64,000 bases of DNA, from contig NW_027192213.1 of NCBI RefSeq assembly GCF_041956535.1, forward strand, positions 366,444 to 430,443, written 5' to 3'. The stretch comes from Calcarisporiella thermophila CBS 279.70. Lineage: Eukaryota > Fungi > Calcarisporiellomycota. Made by a program: the position numbers and the translations under genes. Below the pieces are notes generated by a model. That model was given only the letters and a program-made list of their open reading frames with translations, was not told the DNA's origin and made no database searches. Numbering within the stretch: the first letter of the stretch is position 1; each line of letters begins with the position of its first letter. Positions 38,753-55,614 of this stretch are shown piece by piece.

Positions 38753-41027
38753 ATGCCCAGCATTGTATCAGGGAATCCCGAGATGTCTGCTCGGGCCTCG
38801 CCCTACCAATCCATCGCCAATGTAGCACTCATGGTCCGTTTCTTTCGTACTATGTTCGCTCTATTTGGCATATCTTACATTGCAGTGGTCTTGTTTCAAC
38901 TGCGAATCTCGTTTCGAATTTCCTTGAGTAAATGGATGAAATATCATGTGATGTATTCCATAACCAATTCTAATATACCATTGGCCTATTATCGCAGATA
39001 TTTTATGGACATTTATCTCATTTCGTAACATTTTCTATACGCTTATCATATATACGTTCAGTTTACCCCTGTTGTTTGCACGTAAAGCTAATCTTCACGG
39101 TAGGGATATTGTCTATCACTGGAGGTGATTCTTCTTATTGAGACTATGATTATTTTTGCCTTTAGCCAAAAGAGCAGTAAAGCCGAATTTATTCGGTGGT
39201 ATTGTCTACTATCTTGGTCACTGGGGCACTTATGCGGTCGTAGGCTTCTACATTCTGTCTGCTATCTCCATAGCAACTTCGTACTATGGTTTGCACGGGG
39301 AACGATATTTATCTGCAGTCTTCGTATATATGCAAGGGTGAATATCTGCAAAGTAGCATGGATTCATTAACCTTGATTATAATGACTTTCGTTGAATAGG
39401 CGAAATAATGCCCCGCGAATTAACGAGAAGTTCGTATATGCCGTGTCTCACATCATCTTTCTGGGCGTGGTGTTTAGTGCAAAGCGAATGCGGAATGGGA
39501 GGGACTGTTTAATGTCGCAACCCATCAATGTAATATCTTTTGCTTTGCGTTTTTTTTTTGTAAACTATTTCTTAACTTCATCGAATCTATCTCTACTCTA
39601 GCAAAGCAAGCTTCAAATCCTAAGGATGTCTCTCTCTTCAATTGCTCAAAAAAGTTTTCGATTCTCTCTGGTGTATCTGTGGCGCTTCACCATTGTCTTT
39701 TTCGTTTTTGGTGGAGTCCTATATCGACTCACTTTTCGTGTCTTCAGTACTTTTTCCTCGTAAATATCTGATTTCTCGCGTTACTCCCCTGATAAAAGAC
39801 GATTTTTTTAACCTGCTCAACTATAGTCTTGCAGACGATTCATACCGATGGTCCCGTGTTTTCCTCGATCCACACATGATCTTACGTTCATTCATTGCAG
39901 GTGGAATGGCTACGGCCTTTTGGTACACTTTAGACGAACTGTTTGATATATTCTTCACCGAGGTAACTATATAGATCTCTCTAGTTGTGAATAGATTCTA
40001 ATTTTAGGCCGTATCTTTTTAGCCACTTTTACTTACAGGTGCGACCTCGGACCCTAATCGTTGTTTGGTTAGTGGGCTTCGGCTGGAAAATAAACCAATA
40101 ATGAAGGTACTTATTTGTAACGATTAAGAAACTTATTTAATGTGCTCATCTGTCGGCTACTTTATTTAGCACTTTGCATTCTACGAGCTCTGGCTTGTTA
40201 TGCGCTCTCACCCGCATCGTCGTATTGCGCTCTTCGAGGATATCATGTCGACCCCCACAATGTGGCACCAGGTTTCCGAAGAGTGCTTCAAGGTGGTTTT
40301 CGAACTTATTACTGCGATCGAACGGGAGCGAGTGCATCCCCCTGCTAAAAAGCCTGAAAAAGAACAGAAGGAACCCACGGAGGGAAAGAAAGAATTGCCC
40401 CCGAGCCCGAACCGTATCAAGCCGGTGGTGGCGGATATTTTTGCAGGAGGTAAGAAGGGGGGGGACTTGAGACAGCGCATTGGATTCCCACCAGAATCTG
40501 GTAGCAATGCGCCGTCTATCCCAGAGGGCCAACCGCCCACCGTAGCAACGTCAAAACAACAGCAGGGGGCGAGCATCTCTCCCGAGGTTTGGGTGGCCAA
40601 TTTAGTTCTGAATATGCGCAAGATGCTAGAACGCTATCGCTGGGGCAAGATTTTATTTGCAGAGACAGGCGAGCGTCAGGCACAACGCGTTTTCAGCAAT
40701 TGGCAACTTGTCATTTGGGCTGCTCAAGTACTTTCCCGTCTCACAGCAGCCTCCTATCACGAGGATCAGTACGGAGTCGTGCAGCGAGACATCCCTCGCG
40801 TCCTTGAGTGTCTCCTCACGTGTCTGATGGCGACTGAGGAATTCCTTCAACGGCCCCCTGACAAGAGAAAAAGAGCGAGGGTAGTGCAGGAAACGCATGC
40901 GGTTGTTACTGCAATCGAGGCTTGTATATATGAAATAGTGGTGGTGTTTTACGAGAGCTTGGGTGAGATGCGATTCCCGCCAAGAATTGCCCAGCGATTG
41001 CAAGTGTTTATGGACTTCAAGGAGTAA
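38753..41027 (+). CDS. NDC1: Nucleoporin Ndc1, about 8 exons
   Basis: N-terminal TM exons; C-terminal Ndc1 signature 'IWAAQVLSRLTAASYHEDQYGVVQRDIPRVLECL...IYEIVVVF'. Confidence 0.85.
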
Positions 41028-41261
41028 AGAACAGTCCTGTCCAGTACTATTTAAAATTTCGCATCCTTTTTTTTTCTATCTATACACGTTTTTTTTTTTC
41101 TCTTTTTTCTCTTTTGAATAGTTAGATTTTTCTCTCAATAAACAATGTAAATGGAAAATTAAATCTCTGAAACCAAAAAGCTTAATTAATTCAAAAAAAA
41201 AAATACATACGGGATATATTCATTCTATTCATGTATAGCACAAATGTTTTCTAGGGCAACG

Positions 41262-42127
41262 TTATTTAAACTCCATTTTAAAGATAGGGTCCCCTTTCCG
41301 CTTTGTCCGCAATTCGACCTCTTTGCGCACGCACATCGCATGCCGCACCAGTATTTCAAGTGGGCTTTCTCCTTTACACCCCATGTATTCCACCAATGCT
41401 CTGTCCACCTCCTCTGCCAACCCTATTCTCCATTCCTTCGACATGTAGTGTCCCACACAGCTCTTCTCAGGTTCAGTGTAGCAGATCAAGGAAAACACGT
41501 CTTCGAGCGTGTGCTCAAAGCACTCCAACTCTTCTGATGAAGAGATTAATAATTTCGAGAATGTATTATGAATTCTTCGAGCCTGCTCGATTGCTAGGAG
41601 AAACTTTTCAGCTCTAATGAGTTCGATCAACGCTTGACATGCAAGGGCAAAAGCCGTCTCGATGGTACGAGAATTTGAGGTGGATGGCGAGGTGGAGAGT
41701 GCGCCAGGGAATGATGCATTAACTAGAGCAATGGTGCGGTCTATGCGGCCAGCACGGATGGAAGCCATAATCTCTATCATTTCATATTAAGCATGATTCC
41801 TAGAGTACTCTTTTTTTTTGCATAATAGGTTATACCTACTTTTTCTCTGGTGTGTTATATTTAATAGTTCTTCATACTTCTCGCTTAGTAATGGGCCTTT
41901 AACATCTAGAAAAAATAAAACGACATCAACATGCCACCTAGGCTACGTTAGCGAGATGAATACTTACCGGAATTATGACCTTCAAGCAGCTTCACCTCTT
42001 CTAGAAATGCACGCGCACTTCTTTCGTGAGAATGATGGACCAGATATGAAAATACAAGCTGGCGCATGAGATTAGATGAGGGAGGCGGGTATTTCTCATA
42101 GGGAGGATCACTAGTTTCTTTTGTCAT
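41262..42127 (-). CDS. LisH/CTLH/CRA-domain protein (GID/CTLH complex subunit-like), 3 exons
   Basis: LisH 'MRQLVFSYLVHHSHERSARAFLEE'; CTLH 'RKKIMASIRAGRIDRTIALVN..FP..L', 'FALACQALIELIR'; CRA 'LEDVFSLICYTEPEKS...RIGLAEEVDRAL'. Confidence 0.8.
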
Positions 42128-42221
42128 AGATTAGTATGCGAACGTAGGAAAAAAGAGAATGAAATGTAAAAGAAATGGAGATTCTCTATTTGAAGAAGTT
42201 TTAACGGTTCGTGACTTAATT

Positions 42222-42230
42222 TTTGCCACC
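42222..42230 (-). promoter_or_regulatory. PACE-like element GGTGGCAAA (putative Rpn4 site)
   Basis: Exact yeast PACE match in the divergent promoter of RPT1 and the CTLH gene; a second near-match AGTGGCAAA at 42732-42740. Confidence 0.35.
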
Positions 42231-42764
42231 AGCACTGTCAGCTCGAATCTCATGATCATATGCAGGGAGAATTATCCATAATAGACGATAAATGGTAATT
42301 AATCCTAGATTTGAAATCAGTAAAAGCAAGAGCTACTTGAAAGTGCCAACCAGCAATCAAACTATTTGGTAGTATCAGTCTGTTCATACACTCGCCCTAT
42401 TGATAGTTCAACTTCAATATAAGCGTGCTGCTTGCATTCCCAAAATCATTAAAACATCTAATAGATGCCTCTATTAATACAATTTTCTATCTTGTCCGTA
42501 ATTTTTTTATTCAAATTCTATGATATATGCCATATTTCGAAAGAAATAATGGCTTCATAATTCCAGAAAACAAAGGGTACATTATGGCCTTATATTCTTT
42601 ATAGTTGCTAAGTTGGCAAGCGCTCGCAAAATATTTCCATGATCTGTAAGCTAATGAAAAGTGTGGCTTGGCAACTTGAAGCTTACGCAACACGTCTGTT
42701 TCTTTTATCGCGTCTCATACTTCGGTTATTTTTTGCCACTAGTTACTTTCACATCACCGAAGCA

Positions 42765-44457
<1,693 letters not shown>

Positions 44458-44594
44458 ACATAATTGCTAGACTTTTCCATTTCACGACTCTTTCTGGTTT
44501 CCTTTTTTTTTTATCTATGTTTGTATGAAAAAAAAAAAGTGGGCATATCTTTGTAACCAAATAAATAAAACGCAAATGGACTTTTATTCTTCAA

Positions 44595-45117
44595 TTAAGA
44601 ACTCGCTGCTGAGCCTGTGGATGAGTTCGCTAGCTCCTTTGTTGTCTTTGTCTTGAGCGAGAGTGCATGTAATCCGCCCTTGAACTCCTCATCCAGCAGC
44701 CCGTAGATCATGCGATGTCGCTGCATCATATTTTTACCCTCGAATGCGTCAGAGACTACGCTGACTCTAAAAAAAAACGTTATACTTCTGTCAATTAGAG
44801 GGAGATTAACTAGGGGAATAAGAACCTGAAGTGAGTTTCCTTGCTTGTCACTCCCTTCATCGCGGCATGGTGGGCATGAAGATGGGATTCATTTATGATC
44901 TCCAAGTTGAGAGGATTCAAATTCTCGGTTAACTATTAATTAAGTGGATAAGTGTTAGCAAAATAATTTAGAACATTAAAGAAGACGGGAAGCTCACTTT
45001 TCTCTGGATATTCTGGTAAATGGGCCCTTCCATTTTGAGTTTAGATTCGTCTTGGGTTAGAAAATGGCGAAGAAATGGAGAAGGAGCTCGCTGGCGAGCG
45101 AAACGGGTAACAAACAT
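44595..45117 (-). CDS. BolA-family protein (Bol1-like, probably mitochondrial), 3 exons
   Basis: Arg-rich presequence-like N-terminus; 'LEIINESHLHAHH', 'ETHF|RVSVVSDAFEGKNMMQRHRMIYGLL..E..GGLHALSLKTKT'. Confidence 0.9.
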
Positions 45118-45208
45118 GGGCAGCGTATACGGCGAAAACTCAGTGTTGAGATTACAAATGGATACTCTCGAGAAAAAAAAGTCACAGTTTCCCAAAATAG
45201 TTTTCTAT

Positions 45209-45237
45209 CGATACCTCGCATTTATTTCCCCACGATT
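45209..45237. repeat. 29-bp exact direct repeat (other copy 46509-46537)
   Basis: CGATACCTCGCATTTATTTCCCCACGATT occurs at both positions with unrelated flanks. Confidence 0.92.
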
Positions 45238-45355
45238 TGTGCGCTATTTAGATGTTAGTCTCATTTGATTGCTTTTGAAAAGTCAATCCTTACGAATATT
45301 CGCTGTACTCTATTTTATTTGACAACCTAGTATTATTACGCTTTAGAGCTCCTCT

Positions 45356-46852
45356 TCATGGAGCTCGTAGTACAAGACACCGTTCAAATCCTTGACCGTC
45401 CTTTACTACTCCTTCGTGTTTCCAGTTCTCAAACACCGCCTTTACAGCATCCATCGCTCCTTTTGCACACTCTAATGCAAGGAGCCCACCCTTCTTCAAT
45501 AGACTAGTGCACATTAGTCCATTGTGTATTGCTTTGTAATATTCGAGCCCGTCTCGCGAATTTGTGAAAAGACCCAACTCAGGTTCATAGACACTAGCTA
45601 AATCAAGTCGAGACCGCTGCTGTGGTGAGAGATATGGAGGATTGCACACTATAGCATCGAACGGCCCCTCGCTCAAAAGTCCCTCCTCATGTGAAAGTCG
45701 AGTAAAATCTGCGAGAAGGAATTTGGATCGATCCTCCAAGTGAAGACGCTGTCGATTTTTTTCCGCTATACTTAATGCGTCCGGACTGATATCGACTCCA
45801 ACACCGAATGAAAGAGGTAGAGAAGCCAATATGGATAGCAGGATGCATCCGCTCCCTGTGCCCAAATCCAGTATTTTGATGCTTGATTCGACTGTAAAAT
45901 TGTCAAGGGTTGCCTGCACAAGTGTCTCGGTACTTGGACGCGGTATGATGGTTGCAGGAGAAACGATGAAGGGGTGCCGAAAGAAGTATTGTTCACCAAT
46001 TCGATAGGCAACCGGCATTCTCTCCTCTATTTCCCCTCTCTCTTCTATGCCTTGCTTGTCAAGGCCTTCTCTCTGATAATATTCTTCTAATATTCGCTCG
46101 TCTTCTTCTCGCTTCTTTCCGAAAAAATGAGCTTCTCTAGTCCGTATTCCCTCAAATTTTGCCGGCTCCTCCCCCTTTATCCTTATTTCTTCATTTGTCA
46201 CCGGGTGGTGAAACCAAATTTCTATCAGCGAGAGACAGAGGCCCTTGTTCTTGTTGCTTTTCAACGGCTTCGTATGAGAAGATTGGCCAGCAATAGGGTT
46301 GGATGTTTTAAAGAAATAGCGCCGGAGAGGAGCATTACCTGCTGGTTGCGAAGTGACAATATCGAGAGTAGAGAGTGTTCCTGCAGACGTACTTGGGGAA
46401 TATTTAATAAGCTCACAAGCAGTTATTATGGAGGATTCTTCTATCGAGCTGTCTAATGCTACATTTATGCTATCTTCATGTGTGGCAACACGTCCATGGC
46501 AAAGAGCACGATACCTCGCATTTATTTCCCCACGATTGAGCATCGCGGTAAGAGTCTTTTTCATCTCTAGGGATTTTGATACTACTAAATAGCCAGAGCA
46601 AGCCTTTCCAACATGATATATGCAATGAAGGGTAAGTGGCGTCGTTTCGGTATCGGCAGAGAAGAGATAAGGGAGATAATGTGTGAGTGCGTGAGGTGTA
46701 ATCCCAGGGCCTTTCCATAGGACGGCAAGATGTGAGTCCTGGAAAGTAACATGAACATTGAGTGAAGGGGGCTTTTTTTTCTTCTCACTTTTGACTTTGG
46801 TGCTGTAGACGGGTGCGTTCGAAGGGGGTGGCAATGTGCCTTCTTGGGCCAT
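45356..46852 (-). CDS. Fusion: degenerate RluA-type pseudouridine-synthase-like domain + HemK/PrmC N5-glutamine methyltransferase; single exon
   Basis: C-terminal half: 'PVAYRIG', 'IPRPSTETLV', 'ILDLGTGSGCI', 'GVDIS', 'NPPY'. N-terminal half follows RluA motif order: 'VTFQDSHLAVLWKGPG', 'YHVGKACSGYLVVSK', 'YRALCHG', 'NPIAG', 'FHHPVTNE'. Confidence 0.85.
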   Translation of the reverse strand: MAQEGTLPPPSNAPVYSTKVKSEKKKKPPSLNVHVTFQDSHLAVLWKGPGITPHALTHYLPYLFSADTETTPLTLHCIYHVGKACSGYLVVSKSLEMKKTLTAMLNRGEINARYRALCHGRVATHEDSINVALDSSIEESSIITACELIKYSPSTSAGTLSTLDIVTSQPAGNAPLRRYFFKTSNPIAGQSSHTKPLKSNKNKGLCLSLIEIWFHHPVTNEEIRIKGEEPAKFEGIRTREAHFFGKKREEDERILEEYYQREGLDKQGIEERGEIEERMPVAYRIGEQYFFRHPFIVSPATIIPRPSTETLVQATLDNFTVESSIKILDLGTGSGCILLSILASLPLSFGVGVDISPDALSIAEKNRQRLHLEDRSKFLLADFTRLSHEEGLLSEGPFDAIVCNPPYLSPQQRSRLDLASVYEPELGLFTNSRDGLEYYKAIHNGLMCTSLLKKGGLLALECAKGAMDAVKAVFENWKHEGVVKDGQGFERCLVLRAP

Positions 46853-46976
46853 ATCTATTTAATCAAGGCTATGTTTACTCGGTACAAATTTAGCAGTCAA
46901 AACTAGTCTCAGTGGCCAATTTGCATTCTCGCGTCTCTCATTCATTGAAAATATTTTTCTAAGAGCAACTTCGAGA

Positions 46977-47752
46977 ATGCCGATCACATTTTTAAGGTCT
47001 CCCGAAGAATCTACTTCCTCGGTTCGACATCACCAAGCTGCAGTTCGTGCAATTATAACACCTCTGTCCATTCTTACCCAGCAGCTGTCCGGTTCCGATA
47101 TTCCTTCAGAACTCGGAAAGGGAGATCTTGTCGTCCGCGAAGATAAACTTTATTTCTTTTCCTCTCAAACATCCGTGGGCTTTTCGATTGATTATCCGTC
47201 CATAATTATTCACGCTGTATCGCGTACCTTTGAGGGTGGACAGTGCATATACTGCCAGCTGGATGTAAATGAGGGCGAGGAAGGAGAGGAGCAACCAGTG
47301 GAGCTGCGTTTTGTGCCAGACGATCTGGGATCTTGTATGTTTTTTCTTTTTGTTTTTTCGTAGCTTGGGATTTTCGTAGTGCTGCTACCTATATTAACAC
47401 TCTGATCTTGAACGCGGTGATTATAGTGGATGCGATCTATATGGCACTCTGCGATTGCGCCGCTTTACATCCTTCCAAAGAAAGCGAGCATACAAATGGA
47501 GGTTTCTATGACGACGACGACTACGAAAATTATGATGACGAAGATAATGAATTTTTCACGGTCGCCCCAAGCGATGAAGCAGAGTTGAGTGAGGTTGGGA
47601 GGGCAGCCCTGGCGCACCTAGACTCGATTATTTCGGGACCCATCCCGGAACAAAGCCAGGAAACTGGAGATCAGAACGATATCGACATGGAAAACACAGA
47701 CTATGATCAATTTAGAGATGCGGATGAGAATCAAGATCGACAAACAAGATAG
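46977..47752 (+). CDS. ICln/CLNS1A (Voldacs/Lot5) methylosome subunit, 2 exons
   Basis: 'GKGDLVV', 'GFSIDYPSIIIHAVSR', 'CIYCQL', 'ELRFVPDD', 'VDAIYMALCDCAALHP'; acidic tail with 'QFRDADE'. Confidence 0.88.
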
Positions 47753-47852
47753 GAATAGAATTATGGGAGTTTTAGATAGTTTGGATCTTGCAAGAAGATT
47801 GAGAAAATAAAGTATGCATATATTATAATATAAAATGGCAATTTAACAAGAA

Positions 47853-49626
47853 TTATATTCTCGACTTGTTCAACGTCTCTAATCCCATTGCAAACTGCAT
47901 TATCTCACTCTGTCCGGAAGGCATATATTAATATTAAGCTAGCTGAGAGTTTCCTCTATTGTATTTAAATTACTTCACCTTCAATAATCCAAATGAATTC
48001 ACACCCGATAATCCGAGAGAGCGTGCCCATACAACTGGTCCGAATTCCGTCCCATACAGTCGATACAGCTTGTCGCAAACTCCCAGAATCGCTAAATTTG
48101 CCAAATATCTTTCTGAGGAATATTGGGTCAGTACATTCACGTTACCGATATCAGATCCATCAAGCACTCCTTGCTCAACAACACGCGAAAGAGAGCTCAC
48201 GTCTCCTAGGCCTTGGTTGAGGCCTTGGCCTGCAAGCGGGTGGACAGTATGGGCTGCATCTCCCACTAAAGCAACTCTATCCGTGACATAGCGTTCAGAA
48301 TTGCGCATTTTAAGAGGGAAAGCAGCACGAGTCCCATCCTGAACCTGCGTGACAAGAGGAGGAAGAAGCTTTTTGGCATCCGGTGCAGAGAACTCAACAC
48401 TGGAACGCCAAGCATACTCCTCTTCAGTATTTATATTTGGAGCATGTGAGGTAAAGTATTTAATATCTGCCCAGCTGAGCCTGAAAGCAGCATTGACTAA
48501 ATGGCAGAAGTCGGCTGGTGGAAGGGAGCGAATCTTGGTTGCGATAGCAGGGGTCGTCGACCAAACGAGGGAAGAATAACCGTTTTTTAGCTAGAAGCAT
48601 GTATTCATAGAATTCAATAGTATTGAGTCAGCGGCAGTAGGGCGATTACAATGACTAGAGAACGTCCAAGATATTCTAAGCACTACTTACAGGTAACATA
48701 GCAATGGGGCCAGATGGCAGGAAGCGTTGCCACGCCGTATTATTTTCAACCATCGCATCCACCTGTAGTGTTGCCACCACGCCCATTGCATCATAATTCC
48801 ATCCGAGGGACTCGATCTGCGCAAAAGACCGTACGGGAGAATTTATCCCATCAGCACCGACTAGAAGCCTCGTCTTCAATTTTCGTCCACCTTCCAAATA
48901 TACATTTGGCCAGTCGATTCCTCCTGTATCTTCGCCTTCAGTCTCTAATTGAACTTTCTCAACTTTAGATCCTTCAATAATTTCTAAGCTTCCGCCCAAC
49001 TCTTCCAACCGCCGAATAGCAGCCCGTTGCATATTCAAGTTTTCGACCATCCATGCAATTGCACCATTACTTCCTGATACAAGTTGAGAATTGAAATGAA
49101 TATGTGCATTAGTCAGCCCGTCCCAGACGTGCATATGAGGGTAAGGCTGCACGCGATCCAAATCCAGCTTATTCCAAACGCCGATATCTTATAAATATTA
49201 TAGGAATGAGATAGAATTACAAATATTCCAAAGTTTTATTTTTACCTTGGAAAAGTTTAACAGACGCAGGTGTTAGTGAGCTTACGCGATTAGAATATTC
49301 ATTCGGGGAAGGTGTCCACGAGAGGTATTTAGATAGGGAGCCAGCTTCAAGGAGAGCAATTTTGAGGTTCTTCAAGGTCGGAGACGATGCTATAAATACA
49401 AAGAGATGGAGCATGATAGAACAAGCATCATGGAAACACTCGAAACTAACTTTTAATTACCTAACGCGCATGCAAGGGAAGTACCTACAATTCCACCCCC
49501 TACAATCACGATATCATAAAATTTATTCAAATTTCTTCGGTTTTCCCCATTGGCACTAGTTGATAGCTGAGCCAGTGGAAACAACTGGGTTATTTTTCTG
49601 GATATTCTATAGCTTCTAGCTAGCAT
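47853..49626 (-). CDS. COQ6: Ubiquinone biosynthesis monooxygenase Coq6, multi-exon
   Basis: 'YDIVIVGGGIVG', 'YSNRVSSLTPAS', 'LLVGADGINSPVR', 'AWQRFLPSGPIAMLP', 'ALVGDAAHTVHPLAGQGLNQG'. Confidence 0.95.
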
Positions 49627-49743
49627 CGCAAGTCAAAGTGCAGAACCCTGCTGAAAAGAGTTGAAATATTTTGCATTTATTTCTCGCGGCGCAGTAGTGG
49701 CAAGCTGACCCTTTCCCTCTCGCCTCCCTATAAAACATACTTA

Positions 49744-50180
49744 ATGTCCCTTAAGAATCCATTTCACCGCAAAGCTTCTGAGGCCGTGCATGCTCTAACA
49801 CGAGCCGAGGAAGAAGCCTGTTTTAAACAGCTCAAACAAAATGCATTAGCTAATTGTGACTCTAAAATAAAAGGTATTAGCTAATTTACTTGTATTTATA
49901 TGATAGATATTCAGTGCTTATTTATTCTTATCAATGCCATTTAGATTTCGTTGAGTGCAGCAAAACGCATCAGTTAACTGTGGTATGGAAATGCCGAAAA
50001 CTTCACAAAGAGATGAATAAATGCCTAAATTCTTAGTAATATACTTCTATATATATGTTTCTCATTCCACTTTATTAATATATGTTTATTATTATCAGCA
50101 CCACGCAGGAGGAGCTAGACAAGCTAAAGCTTGAGAAAATTGCTCGGAAAAGACAACAAGCAGAGAAAGAGAATTCCTAA
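49744..50180 (+). CDS. CMC1: Twin CX9C cytochrome c oxidase assembly protein Cmc1-like, 3 exons (absent from ORF track)
   Basis: Spliced product ...HALTRAEEE...ANCDSKIKDFVECSKTHQLTVVWKCRKLHKEMNKCL...: two exact CX9C motifs and canonical GT-AG introns. Confidence 0.85.
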
Positions 50181-50420
50181 TCAAGCAACTAACGATTTCT
50201 CTATAAGTTATTCTCTTATTTTCCTTTTATATAGTCAATTTTTTTTTTCATTTCGCTTTACCTAAACCCAACCACCTCTGAAACAAATAAAGTCAATAGG
50301 TATATATTTATAATACAACCAGTATCTACACTCTATATAAAATAAGCAGATCTTCTCTTTTAAACTATGGAACTTCACCATATTATAAGGGGAGAGCACA
50401 TTCCATTATTTCATTACTAC

Positions 50421-53264
<2,844 letters not shown>

Positions 53265-53754
53265 GGACTTATTGATGTGAAATAGGAAAATCAACGGGGA
53301 AATAACTAAATCTACCTTCGTATTGTTCTGGAGAAGTATTTTTGAAAAAGGCTTCGGCAGTAGAATCTCTAAAGAGCGATAGAGCCGTAAGATCGCCATC
53401 GTCCATGCTTGCTCTATTTTTCGCGCTTCTCTGGTGTTACAAAAGTTGGTCATTTTAGGAGAAAGCGTGACGGTTTTAATTACCGGCTGTAAAGGATTGA
53501 TTTGAGGCTTAGAGGATATATTACTTCAATTCATGATTTATTCCTATATTTTTCTAGTATACATAATGATAATTTTTTTAAAAAGATTTCAGAATTATAT
53601 TTTTCAGTTTTAATATATTTGATAGCTATAGAGATACATAATCTTAATTGAATTGTGGATACTACTTCAAAATTATTGTATGGTGCTCACACTCGTTTAA
53701 ATATGACCATGAATATTAGAAAGAAAAAAATGTCACAATTATACTCCATATATT

Positions 53755-55614
53755 TTAGATTCGATGAACACGCACCCATAAAGGTCGTCGCATCGGAAGA
53801 GTGACAGAAGTCGCATAAAGCGGTTCTGTTGCTAGCTTTTCTTGTTCAATAAATTTTGGCGATAACTCAAAGCGGAATCGTGGAATCAATACAGAGGTCA
53901 TCGTAAGGGATTCTAGTGTTGCAAAAGTCTGTCCCAGACAAATCCTTGGACCCCCGTTAAAAACATTAAACTATTAACGCAACTAAGTATTTACTAATGT
54001 TCTTATTATCATTTGAAATATATACCAAACCTTATATTGAGATTCTTTTTTTACCCCCACGATTTCCCCTTTCTCATCTTTTTGTAGCCAACGCTCAGGG
54101 TTGAATTCTTCCGCATCCTCCCCCCATACCTCCTTATCTCTTCCAATCACGTATGAAGAATAATGAACCCAATCGCCTTTGCGGACAATTACACCACTTG
54201 GAAGAACATCATCGCAAGCCACGGTTTTTGTAGACTTTGGGACTGGAGGGTAGAGTCGCAAAGTCTCATAAAAAACGGCCATACAATAGTGTAGGGCTTT
54301 TATATTCTCATACGTAATATCACCAAAATGAGAAAGTTCATCCCGAATCCGTGCTTGGATTTCAGACCGTTGCATTAGCATCAAGTATTGCCAAGAAAGC
54401 TGTTGAGCTGTTGTGTCACGACCTATATTTGAGATTTTGTAAATTAATAAAATTATCATCCTTCTTGCTTGTAAGCATGTGTTATCTTATACCAGCAATC
54501 ATAAAATTTAAGATAGCGTCGCGCAATTCTACATCAGTAAGTTGGCTGCCGTCTTCGTGTCGGTAGTCTAGGAAAAAGTCCATAAGATCTTTTTGATTAC
54601 TATCGAACCCTTCCGCTCTCTCTTGACGACGCTTCTCAAGAGCATTATACGCATACTCGTCGAGAATCTTAATTGCGCTGCGGAATTTATGACCCTCGCC
54701 AGTGAGAAACTCAGTTACCCTTAATAATCAGGGTTAAGGATTAGACAGAGATGAGAAGTAAAACAGCTTCTTGTTACCAGAAAAATGGGTTGCGAAATCG
54801 CTTATCAATCACAGTTTGTACGTAGTCAAAGGCAGCAGCGAAAGGTACGGGAGCACTGGCATCTTCAAGGCAGTTAAAATGTTTTCCGAATGAAATTCTA
54901 CCAAAAGTGTCCAAAGTGAATCGAAAAAATAGATTTTGGAGATCGACATCCTCTCCTGAATCGGCTGCCCTTTCAATAATTGAGGCTACTCGGATAGCTT
55001 CCTCACGAAATACACCTTCGATCAGCTCACGAAATCGTTTGACGTTGAATATATTACTAGCCTACATGACAGTGGAGAAAAACACATATAAGCATCAGTA
55101 CGTCGATTACATCCTCCTTGAAATTAATTACTGTTTTGCGCTGCAGTCTCCATTTTTCTCCATTTGTGTTAAATATGCCATCTCCCAGTACTTCCCTTGC
55201 AATATTTTGCGTATGAGGTCCTTTGTAGAAATTATCGAAATGAGTGCGCTGTATGTACTCAATACTCGCCGGATCATGTGTGAAGATAATCCGTGGGGCG
55301 AAAGGTAGAGTAGCTGTATGCCATTTCCCATACTGAGCTCGCCATTGCAGAAATAGATCTAGAATTCGATTGGTATATTGCTTAAATGTGAGAGCGCTTC
55401 CTAGAAGAGGATATTCTTTAGGGCCAGGAAGAGATGAAATAGAACGAACACCAAATGCGCGTTTGCGGTGTTTGAAGAGGATGAATGCTATCGTCGCAAA
55501 ATAAGGATTCACGTGCTGCAAAGTGGTGGTAAGTGCCAACGGGAGAATATTCAAAACAGCTGGCACACGCAGTATTAACATAGATATTAATACAACTGCT
55601 GCAGACATCGCCAT
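53755..55614 (-). CDS. Cytochrome P450 (resembles CYP704/CYP86-like fatty-acid hydroxylases), 5 exons
   Basis: 'LGDGIFNTNGEKWRLQRK', 'FFRFTLDTF', 'AGRDTTAQ', 'ETLRLYPPVP', 'FNPERW', heme motif 'FNGGPRICLG'. Confidence 0.92.
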
